From the IMG/VR virus record IMGVR_UViG_3300033145_003080, positions 1-64,000 of that record: DNA of 64,000 bases; one strand, given 5' to 3'. The notes under the pieces are model-generated. The model searched no databases and was not told the DNA's origin. It saw only the letters and a list, made by a program, of their open reading frames with translations. The number at the start of each line of letters is the position of its first letter. The stretch's first letter is position 1. Below, in pieces: positions 44,926 through 57,762 of this stretch. The position numbers and the translations under genes are program-made. This DNA comes from a virus.

Positions 44926-45849
44926 AACTTTTTATCCTCCTGTAAATTATTTGAATTTGTTTAATATCATTTGTCATTTGGCACCATAATTTATTCACTC
45001 TCTTTATTTATTAATAGTTACCCGCTAGCTTTATTAGTTGGCGTAGAAAATTGCCTCCATAGCGTTCCGGGCGTGCCCCACAACAGGAGTTAGCGACATA
45101 TAATATAAGCCCGTATACAGGCTGTCCATTATTAATAGTCACCGGCTGGTGCGTTCTCCACATCCATCCACAAGAATTGAACTCGTTAACACGCCCTATA
45201 ACCATAAAAGCAATTTCCTATATTAACCAATAATTACTCATCAGCAGAACTAATATCTCTGAAATGGTCCTGATGTTTTTCTTCACCATGGTTACCTAAC
45301 TGTTCAAGAACTTCTCCAAAATTACCGTAGAACCTTTCTCCGCATAGTTTACAATCACCATAACCATTTTCAACAGTCTGGCCGACCATATTAATTATAT
45401 CAACCATTGTTTCTCTGGCTTCTTTTGTAGGTCCTTTGCGGATTATTTTAAATATAGGAAAGTGTTTATCAACCGTATCTCCAGAAACCTGTTCCCACAT
45501 TTCTTGATTAATCCTTGCCGGCATTGTCCATCCACAATCACCACCACTATGGCACGCATAAGTGCCACCAGGATGTTCTGTAAACCGCTCATAATAAACC
45601 TCATCACTACCACATTTTGGACACTTCTCAGGATGTGGATGCATAGTTTCTAGTCCGACCCACGGGTTACCTCCCTTTGCCCATCCAACTTTGAATTTCG
45701 TATTTTTACAATACGCATGCAGCGCAAGCGATACATTATCCGGATTCAACCATAACGGATCATCCGGCGTATCATATTCAATTATAATCGCTATTTTAGG
45801 CATAAAGTTCCCTTGTTATTATTTATAAAAAACGATAATGTATTAATCG

Positions 45850-46404
45850 CTAATTTTCTTTTTTCTTAGCATCTTTGTAATACTGCGGCTCAAGTGTCGG
45901 CTCTTCAGTGTGTGCCTCTACACCGCTGTTCAGTCTGAGAAAATTACCCGAGCCGATTGATGGCCCGTTTGGTAGGTGAACGAATTCGACACAACCATCT
46001 ATCTTTTCGTCCAAGGCTAATGGAATTAGCCAATTTAAATTGTATATACATGACCCGTCGATACAGAATCCTATATCTCCTCGGCCGCGTATATTGCTTT
46101 TTACTATTGTTTCGGTCTCTACAGTCTTAGCATCCTTGAATGCTTTACAATCAGCTGCTGTATAAAACGATACACTGAAATTTACATTATCTGTTATAAC
46201 AGCGAATTTCCTCCAATCTTCATAATGAACACCAGCCTCTTCTTCAAACTCGCGTATCATGGCATTTAATTCACACTCTCCACCTTTCACCTTGCCCCCT
46301 ACACCATTTAATGCCCCGAGCTGCCATGCTGGTTTTTGTTTTCTAATGAGTACAACATTACTCATCAGCTGATTAAACATAAATCCGACTACATAATTTT
46401 TCAT
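45850..46404 (-). CDS. NUDIX hydrolase (second copy)
   Basis: NGVGGKVKGGE....AMIREFEEEAGV. Confidence 0.85.
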   Translation of the reverse strand: MKNYVVGFMFNQLMSNVVLIRKQKPAWQLGALNGVGGKVKGGECELNAMIREFEEEAGVHYEDWRKFAVITDNVNFSVSFYTAADCKAFKDAKTVETETIVKSNIRGRGDIGFCIDGSCIYNLNWLIPLALDEKIDGCVEFVHLPNGPSIGSGNFLRLNSGVEAHTEEPTLEPQYYKDAKKKEN

Positions 46405-46413
46405 ATACCTTCT

Positions 46414-47136
46414 TTACTTTATTAACTTAATTCCTTCTCGATATTTCTCTTTTGTTCTTTTGTTCACTCTCAATGGCGTTTCTACAGCCTTTTCAACTGA
46501 CCATCCGCAATCATTAATTCTTACAGATAGTGTTTTTGGTGATATGTTAATTACATCAGCCAAATCTGGAAGTGTATAATTTTTACCTTTATAATTTAAA
46601 ATTTTATTAAATCTGGTATTTCTTGATTGTTCTTTTTGTGTTGCCCATCGGCAATTTGATGGCTCATAATTACCACTATTATTAACTCTATCTATTGTGT
46701 GGTTGTTACTTGACGGGAAGCCCATGTCGTATATGAAATTCATAAACTTTTTAGAATTAAATTTTATACTATTTTTATCAGCCCATCTATTACAAATTGA
46801 TATACCTCTCCCACCATAATTAATCCAACTGTCATCTTTTTTATCAAAACACCTTCTAAGCATACTATTATATCTAGTATATAATTTATGATTTGTAAAT
46901 CTGTGTGTTGAGCGATTTGTTAAAAGCTTACTTTTATAACAGCCACATGATTTTGTATGGCCAGATGCCAAATTGCATTTTTTAACTTTTATAATAGCGC
47001 CACATTTACACATACATATAAATTTACTTGGTATATATTTTTTATTTCCTGACGCATACCTCTCTCCGGTATATACTGGTTTAATGTATTTAATTAATTT
47101 AAGATACCCAATAGTATCACCAATCTTAAAATTCAA
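46414..47136 (-). CDS. HNH homing endonuclease
   Basis: CxCxCG...KSCGC, YGGRGI.IC.RW, TIDRVNNSGNYEPSNCRWAT.KEQ..N. Confidence 0.85.
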   Translation of the reverse strand: MNFKIGDTIGYLKLIKYIKPVYTGERYASGNKKYIPSKFICMCKCGAIIKVKKCNLASGHTKSCGCYKSKLLTNRSTHRFTNHKLYTRYNSMLRRCFDKKDDSWINYGGRGISICNRWADKNSIKFNSKKFMNFIYDMGFPSSNNHTIDRVNNSGNYEPSNCRWATQKEQSRNTRFNKILNYKGKNYTLPDLADVINISPKTLSVRINDCGWSVEKAVETPLRVNKRTKEKYREGIKLIK

Positions 47137-47227
47137 GGTTATTCCTTTCTTTTATATATTAAAAAAACAGGGAGGCGGCTCGTGTGACCGTTTCCCCATT
47201 CCCACTAGAAAGAAGATAGTCCCTAAC

Positions 47228-48133
47228 CTATTTTCTTCTCCACTTGCCATTAATATACTCAAATATCATTTTGTCTTTATAACTGATTGTCGGAGCACCT
47301 GCTACTATTTCGACAATTTTATATCCCTGCGGAAGAGGCATGAGATATTTATCACCATTCACACTGGCAATAACTGTTTCTATATCAAGAAAATAATCGC
47401 GGATCTCAACATTAACCATCCCCTGGCCACGAACTTTTTCATATGATGCTGTAAAACCGGCAACCTCATACATTTCACTGCGATCAATTTGAACCTGCCC
47501 GCCTGGTTTAAGTTGTTCACCTTCCGGCTTCCCCCTGCTATGGAATTGATTACCAGTGGTTCTGTTCCGTGCTATTCCACCTTCCTGTGGAGTGTCTGAT
47601 CTGGCATCCTGGGTCTGTTCAGTATCAAATCCAGGTTTTTGTGACTGGGATAAAACCTGTGCTTCGACCGTTTTATTCAAATCAATACCGGTACCTTCTT
47701 CTATTGCCGGAAACGAGGTTTCACCTTTGGGTTCTTCCCCCTCTGTTGCGTCATCTACAATAGGAATATCTTCCACTACCGGTTCGGCAACAGCATCTTC
47801 AAGACTCGGTCCGACTTTTTTATCCTCATCCTCGTCAGCCATCTGCTTAAGCAGTTCGTCAGCCGGCGGGACAACAGGTTCATCTTCCCCGGGCGGCGCC
47901 GGCGTTGTGAGCTCTACCGCATCATCGCTCGGCAGCTCAACATCAGATTCATCGATCATACCGTCATCAGCTTCCTGCGTGGCCTCCTGCTGATCCTGAC
48001 TATCATCAGGGTGCGGCTGCTTTTCCTGCACATCATCATCATCTTTTTCATTCTCTGCAGGCTGATTGCTCTCCGGAGGTGTATATTCTCCCTCACCATC
48101 CAGATGTGGTTCACCAGCATTTAAATCGTTCAA
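47228..48133 (-). CDS. Highly acidic, largely disordered protein
   Basis: About 200 aa D/E/P-rich N-terminal region and a small folded C-terminus. Confidence 0.6.
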   Translation of the reverse strand: MNDLNAGEPHLDGEGEYTPPESNQPAENEKDDDDVQEKQPHPDDSQDQQEATQEADDGMIDESDVELPSDDAVELTTPAPPGEDEPVVPPADELLKQMADEDEDKKVGPSLEDAVAEPVVEDIPIVDDATEGEEPKGETSFPAIEEGTGIDLNKTVEAQVLSQSQKPGFDTEQTQDARSDTPQEGGIARNRTTGNQFHSRGKPEGEQLKPGGQVQIDRSEMYEVAGFTASYEKVRGQGMVNVEIRDYFLDIETVIASVNGDKYLMPLPQGYKIVEIVAGAPTISYKDKMIFEYINGKWRRK

Positions 48134-48436
48134 GAGTTCTCCTTCTTTACAATTTGTTGAATATCAATCCATACATTTGGCATTTCATCAACCAATATAG
48201 GATTTTTTACTATTATATAAATGGGAAATTCAAGAGTGATAATTCCAGTTCGATCGACGAACCCAACTTCACAGTCTTTACTCAGACTCTTTCTAAGTAT
48301 AATAAGTAATTCTTCATTATTTATTATATCTTCATGCGATTTAACATGATACTCGCTCTTAAGGCTTCCGTTCAGATAAACTATCCTGACATCAAATCCG
48401 TGGAACGACTCATACCCATAGGTAATATTTTCTGGA

Positions 48437-48649
48437 TTAACTTTCAATTTCTTGCCGAATGGATGGTCCATCCCCTGTCCCTCCTAATTCAATACAAAAC
48501 TGTTCGGGTTTTTCGATATATGCATTTGCAAAAGCAGATAGAACGAGCTGCATGGATTTATGGTTCTGTTTCTTCACAGTCTGTTTAAACTCTCTCCTTT
48601 TACCCCGGGGAAGTTTTAAATTTACTGTGACAATATCATTATCAGTCAT
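48437..48649 (-). CDS. Ribbon-helix-helix-like DNA-binding protein
   Basis: VTVNLKLP...RREFK......KSMQ.VL..F...YI. Confidence 0.55.
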   Translation of the reverse strand: MTDNDIVTVNLKLPRGKRREFKQTVKKQNHKSMQLVLSAFANAYIEKPEQFCIELGGTGDGPSIRQEIES

Positions 48650-50071
48650 ACTTCACCTGCTGGTATATGGAAAAAATACAGATAAAATCTACATTTCTTA
48701 ATATACTACAATTTCTTAAAAAAAACTAATACTTTTTCATATATTTTTACCCAGTACTTTCAACCACCTCGGCAGGCTCAACTTTTTCTTTATCATCCAG
48801 CAGCTCAACATGGCCAATACTATCTATTCTAATCATATGGCTGAGGTTCTGACCTTCACACATCAAAATATATTTATTATTAACATTTAAACGATCAAAT
48901 TCACCGACATATGTATTACCATCAGTCTCAAAGATCCTGTAAAACTCACCAGTTTTCATCTGAACACCCTTAATGGTGGTAATATACTCATATTGTCGAT
49001 CGTTTTTCGTTGCAGGTATAATATTAGCAATATCATTAACATTAATTCTGCTACTCACATTGCCCGCCCACGAGACCACTTGGTCTGCCACTTCATCGTA
49101 ATGATGGAATATACCATTAAACCAACCGTTGTCTTTTAATTGTATTTCATATATTTCACCCTGAACCATATGGGTACCAAACATAGTGATTTCAGCAACA
49201 AACCCACTACCGGTTGCCCTTTCTCCATCTTCTTCATCATCTTCACAATCTTGATAATGATCACCCCTTCCTCCATACCTCCTCCTCACCATTTCACGGT
49301 CATCCATTTCCTCCTGCACCATTTCACGTTTCCATGGAATATATGCGAGCAATACAGTTATCACCGGACAATCATCAGGACAGTCACACTGCCCTCCCAG
49401 ACAGCAGGCGTCTTGTCTGATATTGTTCCCCGCTCCCATTTGGTCATTTTCTAATTCAGCAATATCATCATAATGGGGACATGGCAAATTTCTTAATTCT
49501 TCGAATATTTTGCGCGCCCCTTCCGGAACGGCGTTACCTTTTAAAAACAATTATTTCCCCCTTTTTTTTCTCATAAAGTTTATAGTGCCAATTTTAAATA
49601 CTTCAGCGACATCTTTTATATTCCATCCCATTTTGTGGATGCTACCAATCACCCCGTCGATAAAATCATACAATTTAGTCCTAAGTTCATCAATCGGCCT
49701 TCCATGCCTGATAAACCGACGTATTAATTCACTGAAATCATATGGATCTATTTTTTCATTCAATTCGAGATAGTAATCAGCCATTATTTCAGCAACTGTT
49801 TTATCATCAATCTCAAAACACTGGCCCACGATGTTTCTTAATTTAGCTGCCAGGGCCATACTTATTCTTGTGCGATAGATCTTACCGACTATTTGCCTAA
49901 TACATTTGCAGGAATAGTCATAAGGGTATAGCTTTTCATTTTTTTTCAACTCAAACTCCTCATTTAAGCGATTAAAAATTTATGGATTACTTTACAAAGT
50001 GGCAAGGATTTACGAAAAATCAATGCCTTATTTTTCAGTATTTCTTGACGAAATAAGTGGTTTCATGTACC

Positions 50072-50088
50072 TGCAAGAATTGTGCCAA
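50072..50088 (-). promoter_or_regulatory. Sigma54 (-24/-12) promoter consensus
   Basis: The minus strand reads TTGGCACAATTCTTGCA, an exact TGGCAC-N5-TTGCA, in an intergenic region about 120 nt upstream of ORF 49551-49949. Confidence 0.55.
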
Positions 50089-50239
50089 ACTCATTTTAAG
50101 CGTTTAACAAAATCTAGATCCCATGATGACATAAAGTGCAAGTAAAGCTTGCGGGTTTGTCACTATAGATTTGGTGTAAACCCATTTTTCTTGTAACACT
50201 TTGGTTACACGATACATGAAAGTATTCATTTTGTCAAGC

Positions 50240-50420
50240 CATATATAAAGATAAGTTATTATTATATATATATATATATTTTTATATATATAATATAATA
50301 TTATATAATACATTGATATATAATTAATTATATAATTAATTGATTAATTATGTTCTATAAACATATAGAGATTGAATAATTAATTTTAAAAAATATAATT
50401 TAATGACAAATATGCAAGTA
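50240..50420. repeat. Extremely AT-rich tract with (TA)n runs; possible origin/unwinding element
   Basis: tatatatatatatata and taattaatta runs inside a ~700-nt gene-free gap. Confidence 0.5.
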
Positions 50421-53400
50421 AAAAGGGTGTTTATATCAATAAGGGTATTTCCCTTACGTATATGTAAAAAAATTGGAACACAGTTATTTTTAGTTTAAGG
50501 ATTTTTACTCCGGCTAGAGGATAGCCGGTAATAAGTAATATATATCAAATCAAAATCCTGTGCAAGCTTTTTCTTTTAAGATATTCCAGTTAACCATTAG
50601 TAGACAGCCTCAATCTCTCCTACCTGGACCTCAACCATATCACCGCCCCTCACACCGACATTTAAAGCCGGGGTATTGGCAATGGTACCTATCAATGTAC
50701 CTTCAACTGTCTTTTCAGATATAAGCACCCAGAGACGCTCCAGTTGGCCGGTATCAAACATCTTCAAAAGACCTTTTCACATAAATACCGATAAAATCAT
50801 CGACGGGCCAGAACCGGTATTTCTGATTAGGCTTTGGTACACAATTACCGCGGACCAGTGCTATATTACTAATATGTTCTTTTTTATTCACTTCCATTCT
50901 CCATTTAAAAAAAAGGTGAGGAATTAAACGTTTCCCCACCTATATTTCATAAAAGGCATCTTTTGTATCAAATTATCAAATCAGTAACACTTTTCAAATA
51001 CCACCAAATCCTGGTATTATTTTCTATAGAATCGTATTCAAGGGTTAGGGTATCAGTTACTTTGTAATAAGTTGTATCCCCGGGGATTTTATATATATAA
51101 TAAGCACGCAGGATAACATTCTGATGTTCAGGCAGTGTTACTTGATAGTAGCTATGGGAAGTATCCCCAATACAATGTATTGCAAAAGGCCTTTCGTCTA
51201 TTGTAAAAGTGTTTTCAAGTACCCATATGGTATAGGTGCATTTAATACCATTGGGGTAACTTTTCGTTCGATGAAATTTAATTTCGACGTTCTTTTCATC
51301 AGAAACGTCCATTCTTGGCGATACAGGATCGCATAAACAAAAACTTAGCACTAAGGCTGTTAATATAATTTTAAACATAATCATTTCCAATCTTCTCTTT
51401 TGAGAATTTATTATTTTGCGGAAGCGGTTTAATTATCCTCTATTTATATTTTATAAGCTCCCATCGCCTTAATTGGCGATATCCAGAATATTGATTTACA
51501 TTCTGAACATTTAATATTCATCGCCAAACCACCACTAGGGCCTTTTAGCATTGAATCGTGAGCACTGCATACCGGACACATCCTTTTCTCCTGGATAGTG
51601 ATCCAGGTATCGATTTTCTTTTTAACACCATCAACCCACTCTTTATTACCACTAACATTCGAAATCGATACACCTTCATAATTAATAGAAGTCTTTTTTT
51701 TAGAATTGAATATATTATGAATAATCATACGATACAGATAAAGAACCGTAATAGCTCCCATAACACATAATATAAACAACACCAGGTTCTCAGGCACCAC
51801 TTTATCCTCCTTATTTGAGTATTTTCCTTTTCAGGACCTGCACTTTATCCTGCAGTTTATCTAAATTTTCTCCGTGCTGGATGGATGAGATGTAGCCAAG
51901 AGTCGATTCAAGCACATTTGCGATATCCATCAAGATTTCTCTTTCCTTGAGATTGAACTTGCGCTCCTTCTTACACAGGGCTTTCTGTATTGAATTACCA
52001 AGCTTTACCGGTAATAGTTTAACACCACAAATCCATTTAATAGATGATAGTTCGCTAATAGTAGTGTTTACGTTCTTCGCTCCCGAAAGAATACTGACGA
52101 GCAAATATCTTCTCATATTTTACAATTCTCCTTTTTAGCAACGGTAAGGGGCCCTTCGGTTATACACCCTTAAGTAATTTTTTACCACATCAGAAGTGCC
52201 AGGTTTATAAATTGTCTCAATACCCCTCGCCAAAAACCCCTTCCATTAATTGGTTAAATTCCGTTTCAACATTAATTATTGCAGGATCTTCTTCGGTCAC
52301 ATGGGGCTGATCGCAACACAAACACCGCCGTTCCCATTTCAGATATGCACCATTACAACCGGCACATGGGATTTCAAGACAAAGCCCTCTAATGGCAATG
52401 ATCATATATTTTATTTTCTTCCAGAAGTCATAGGTGGTAGTAATTGGTATACGATCGCATATTATTATACTTTTGTTTGAATTCCCGAACGTGATATCAT
52501 AATTATGATATGAATAATATCTTCTATGTATTTTCCAGACAAATCTGTTAAAAGTGCTTGAATTAAATCTGGTACCAGTTTCCTGGAGACCATTTTCATT
52601 AACCACAGTGGCTATGAAGGTTCCACTATTAATATCGGAATGCATTATAGCATCAAATTTTATTTGTACCAAAAGCTTCCTCCATTAAATGGTTAAATGA
52701 TGTTGCAAGGTCTGGATTTAATATCTGTTCATATCTACAGCCGGAGCATCTTTTTCCTAAATAATACCGCCATATACCATTACAACCAACACATTCAACA
52801 TCAAACACTAGTCTGAACATTTGCATTAATTCATGACAGCTTTTCCAGAAATTGGATTTAGGTATGAAATCAACCATAATTACTTTATTAAAAGGTGCAT
52901 CAAGCATTGACACATCATATTCATAGGCGAAATTTCTATAAGAATACGTCTTATTGTATTTTTTTCTGACAACCCTGGCGAAGGATTCAACAATAGTCTC
53001 AGTAGCGAAAGTCTCTTTTGGATGAACAGCTTTTATCAGGAGAAATCCATATGGTTTCACACTGTGCTCAGCTGTATCAAAAGTAATTTGCATAAAACCT
53101 CTCCTTGACAATAAATTAATTATGTCTGATATATTTAATTTTTCCACATATCCTTCTTTTTTTTAATGAGCTTCAGCGTCGCAACTGCTGATATTATTTA
53201 CTTCTGCATGGATATTATAGTAACGGTAATATGGACTTGCATTATCCAGATTAAATATGTAATGCATAAGCCGAACAATCTGGCCGTAGAATTTTAAATT
53301 CAATTTTTCCACCATCTCATATTGATCTGGAAAAAACTCATGAAGATGGATTGGAACGGTATTTTCAATCTCTCCGGTATATTGTGAGGCGATGGCCGAT

Positions 53401-54993
53401 ATATATTCGTTTATTGTATCATATTCATAATTATGAAGCGCTTCTGCAATAGAGTACTCACTGATATTGCCGAGCTGGGTTTTTGTTGGGAACACTTTTT
53501 TCCACAACTGGACAGCATCCTTTTTTTGTAATTCATCAAGCATTTTATTCAAGCCTTCCTTTGGGGGCTGTGGGATCTAATTTTTGAATCTTATCCATAA
53601 TTGTATTAAATTTTTTCGACAACCGGCCGATGCTGGGCCTGATTGTTAAAGCGAGAGAGGCACCACAGCTGAATTCATCAAGCTCTGAATTGTATGCTTT
53701 ATAAACCAACCGGGCTCTGTATTTTAACAGTTGTATTCTTATCGATTTTATCATTTATCAACCCCTTCTATGGAGACAGTATTAATTAAACCCCCTTTGC
53801 AATATCCAATCCACTTCCCTTTATAATGAACGGTACCCTGGATTATATGAGATGGTATTTTGATAAGTTCGAAGAACCCGGCGTACCAATATTCGTTTTC
53901 TGCATCGATAATTGCAATGAAGTATTCTTTTTTAAAATATTCAACAATTAGAGAACGCAGTTGTTGGTTAGATTTTGTTTTTAAACCAACCTTACCCATG
54001 TGCCTTTGGGCTTCAGGGGCGAGATTCATCATAAACAACCCGGCAATAATTTTATCATTTAAAGCTTTCTTAAGGAGCTTGCACAGCCATTTGTTATACA
54101 TCTTTTTTCGCCATTCATTTTGCACTTATAATCCTCCTTATTTTTATTTCAATCGCTTAAGTAAAATTAATAATAATCAGTATCACAACATTCAATATTA
54201 CTCATTATCTTAGCAACTGTTTTCCAGTTATAATTAAAACTAGTCCCTAAATAAAACACAGACCTGGCAAGCATAATTAGATGGTCATCATAATATTCTT
54301 CAACATCACTCCTTATTTCTCTTTCACATTTAAAATATTTCTGAAGATGCTCTGGGGCTTCTTCTATTTTTTTAAGTGCACATTGACATTTGTATTCAAC
54401 AAAATCTTCAGTCCTATCCCACTCTCCAACATAACTTCTTGCAATACTAATTCTTGAGGCGATTTGCAAGACTGTGCCGTTTAGGGCTTTTTGATATAGA
54501 TCAATTGCAGCAAGACGATCAGCTCTGGTTATTGGTTGTTGTTCTGGCATTATTTATTTTCCCTGATATCACAGATTTCTTTTAATGTCTGGTGAGCATG
54601 ATCAGGTATATGGTTAAGCCATTTTTCAGCCCATTCCAGAACCAGAACAGCAAGCGCTTCCCTGTCCCGGGAAACTAATTTTATATTATCGATTTCAAAA
54701 TCGTTAAAGTGAAGTGTTTTGTGACATAGCTTTATCGAAACGCATGTTTGGCCGTTTTTTATACTTTCTATAGGTTCGCCAAACAGCGCGCATGAATCTT
54801 TACACTCTTTATTTTCTCCATCCGGACAGAATTGTTTCGTCATTTCTCCACGGACTTGAATTATTAAATTACCTTCATGATCAATTTTACCCTTCATACT
54901 CCCTCCTTTAAAAAGAATATTGGCTAACACCATCTATAATTGTTATACCAGAATAAACATGATGATAACAGCTAAAAAAAATAATTGTAAAAT

Positions 54994-55024
54994 AAAAAAA
55001 ACCTCTTCATTTCTGAAGAGGTTT
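54994..55024 (-). terminator. Intrinsic terminator
   Basis: aaacctcttca/tgaagaggttt stem with A tract (U tract on the minus strand). Confidence 0.75.
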
Positions 55025-56078
55025 CATTATTTTAAAAAAGCTTATTCTTAATACACTTAGGCGCTTACCATGGGTAGCTTAAGCACGTTTAACGTGAATA
55101 TCCTTCCGGAACTTTTTATGTATTTAATATTTCCGCTATACAATTTACCACTATACAATTTATCACTTTTATCATTCTTAATAACAAATTTGAATTCACA
55201 ACAATTCATATCGTTTATAAATGATGTCCTCATTAAACCATCTGGATGTTCGATCCCATTGTAATTGCCTGGATGTTCAATTTTTCCAAATAGGGTCGCC
55301 TCTTCTGCGACGATGTAGAATTCTGAAAAAACAATATCAGTCAAAATAACATTGTCAACCTCGATGTCTATTGACCCCAGCTCAGTTGCTTTGTCAATAT
55401 TAACAGGGGGCTTGCTGAAACTTGATGTAGAAAACAATAATAGTACAATTAACCAGACGAACATACCAGACACACGAAAAATATTGTGCATGCCCAACCT
55501 CCTTTTGTTGAATTAAGAAAAAAATTAATGGATATAGATTTAATAGATATTACTTTATATAATTATTATTCCACAATAAATCAAGAGATAACAGTTAAAA
55601 AAGCAAAATCATTTTTGCCCTTTAATCCAATTTTCTGCCTTTTTCATCGCCTTTGCCTTACTTACGGCATTTCCCACCATGAATTGAAAAACCTTTATTA
55701 TGATATAACCCTTTGGGAGGTTCTCTATTACCTGGATGGTAGCAGTTTTTTTCTTTCCCTTCACAGCTTTGCCATGGCCTCTCGACAATTGAATTTGATA
55801 TGTCACATCGGCAATCATATCCGCTTCAAACCAGAATTTTTTACTCATACTCGTATCGAGGTCCGTGTTACTGTGGGCTGACAGGTCAACGAGGAATTTT
55901 GTGATTGTGCCGATACGTTTTGGGTCGTTGTGTGGCGGCATCCTTTTCATGAGCGGTTCTTTTCTTGCTTTGAGAACCGGACCGGTGAGATTATGAAGGT
56001 ATTCGGCGATACCTTTCATAGCTTTTACTTTAACGATTCGTCTTTTTTTCTTAACCATATCATTCAACCTTTATCTCC

Positions 56079-56978
56079 TTATTTACAAACTATATCGAAA
56101 AACGCAGAATCAAGACGCTCATAGTCATTATTTGTTAAATTATGAACATTCAAAGTTTCAGCAAATTCTTTATACGCATCGAGATATTTTTGACAAAAAT
56201 CATCAAGGGCATGGATATGGGGACCTTTGCCGAGCTCTTCGCCATTCTTTTTCCGAAGAAGCAAACTAGCAACGGCTTTACTCACATCATTAAAACCACC
56301 CGAAGGCAACATTTCAGCAAATTTAATTAACCTATCGAATTCCATTGGAGGAACACTGGTATTTCTCATAATCCATTCACATACATAAAGAGGCCGGAGG
56401 ACGTACAGATATTTTTTAACTATCACATCACCCTCAACATTTATGATATATTGAGTAAAGTTTTTCCTTGCCATGTGTTCGTAGTGATAGATGCCCGCTT
56501 TCTTCTTAAAAAAATCAACTGCTAATCGTTTGACGGCAGAGATAACAAAGGGGCGTTCCATGTATACAATAGGAGAATAAAGCCATTCTGCCAAGGCTGG
56601 ATTTCCTTTTGATATCAGCTCCATTACTTTAGAAATATCAAATCCGACAAAATCAAGATCTTCCCTCTCGAGACTGCGAATAAAACTACTCGTTGCAATA
56701 TCGCCTTTATTCCGATCGATAACTTCACGACGTGGTTTTACTGTAAAATAAGCACCTGGCCTGCGTACGTAAATGAACCGGATATCATTATCACTATCTT
56801 CAGATGCAAAGCCCCAAGCTTTACTACCAGATTCGCAGGCGTAGATAATTTTGAAATTCTCTAAAATTTCGATTTCTTGTAATACTTCAAGAATTCGTTC
56901 TTTTTTAAATACTTCAATCGATCGGCTCAATTGTACCTCCTTTATAAATAAAAAAAAAGAGTGAGTGGGACGTTCCAA
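56079..56978 (-). CDS. Pol-beta-superfamily nucleotidyltransferase (RlaP/YcgL-like; start uncertain)
   Basis: ESGSKAWGFASEDSDNDIRFIY, NP...EWL.SPIVY, KKYLYVLRP. Confidence 0.8.
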   Translation of the reverse strand: MERPTHSFFLFIKEVQLSRSIEVFKKERILEVLQEIEILENFKIIYACESGSKAWGFASEDSDNDIRFIYVRRPGAYFTVKPRREVIDRNKGDIATSSFIRSLEREDLDFVGFDISKVMELISKGNPALAEWLYSPIVYMERPFVISAVKRLAVDFFKKKAGIYHYEHMARKNFTQYIINVEGDVIVKKYLYVLRPLYVCEWIMRNTSVPPMEFDRLIKFAEMLPSGGFNDVSKAVASLLLRKKNGEELGKGPHIHALDDFCQKYLDAYKEFAETLNVHNLTNNDYERLDSAFFDIVCK

Positions 56979-57058
56979 AGATCGAACAGACGAAGAAGCG
57001 GGTAGCCATTATCGCTGTTCGAAAGGGAAACCCTCCCGGAATTCCCACGCCCACTCAC
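56961..57058 (-). ncRNA. Small structured RNA candidate
   Basis: Closing stem GTGAGTGGG/CCCACTCAC, inner TCGAACAG/CTGTTCGA stem, followed by a U tract. Confidence 0.5.
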
Positions 57059-57102
57059 CCAGTTAATTGGAATGCCTGGTAAATTTAAACACTAGATATT
57101 AA

Positions 57103-57762
57103 TTAATCATTTCTTTTTAACCACCGCTTTACAGTTGTGGGGCTAACACCATATTTGTCACCAGTTTTTTTATATCCAAAACTCCCAACACTTCTAATTA
57201 ATTTTTCTTTATCAATATTTTTTATTATACGCCTTTCTTTACTCTCACATTTAGTACACCGTGTGGATTCTTGTAAAATTTTTTTGCCACATTCACATCT
57301 TTTCTTTGGTAATTTTTTACACTTAATATTTCTTCCTGTAAAGGTTGGTAATTGACTATCACAATTTGGACAAACTAACCTTAAGTTTTTTTGTCTATTA
57401 TCATTTCTGACACCGTTTATGTGATCCATTATAAGTACAAGCGGTTTATTTTTCCATTTTTTTATTCCACAAATGTAACATTTATATTTTAATAGCCCTA
57501 AATTAATCAATCTTTTTTTTAGTCTTTTTCCTTTATATGTTGAATTTTTTACCATTATTTTATTTAAAGACATCGGGCTGGATCTACCACCATATCTCCG
57601 ACCTAAAAAATGGGGCCAAATTATCTTAAGATAGTTTATTCTTTTTTTTACAGAACAGGGGTTAGCATGTGGATTTAGACCCAACTCTCTCATTACAGCG
57701 GAGGTGGTAACATTGTTTTTAACAGCTTTTCTTAATTGTTCATCTGTCCAAGTTCTTTTCAT
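57103..57762 (-). CDS. HNH endonuclease within the tRNA cluster
   Basis: CYICG..W....L...DHING...DNR..NLR.VCPNC; own TTGACT-N17-TATAAT promoter 5 nt before the ATG. Confidence 0.85.
   Translation of the reverse strand: MKRTWTDEQLRKAVKNNVTTSAVMRELGLNPHANPCSVKKRINYLKIIWPHFLGRRYGGRSSPMSLNKIMVKNSTYKGKRLKKRLINLGLLKYKCYICGIKKWKNKPLVLIMDHINGVRNDNRQKNLRLVCPNCDSQLPTFTGRNIKCKKLPKKRCECGKKILQESTRCTKCESKERRIIKNIDKEKLIRSVGSFGYKKTGDKYGVSPTTVKRWLKRND

Noticed and set aside
50104-50313. 69-aa Tyr/Ile-rich ORF
   Set aside because: Artefact of the (TA)n tract.
20861-54969. CRISPR array from the repeated motif
   Set aside because: Copies are dispersed over kilobases rather than regularly spaced, and no cas genes are present.
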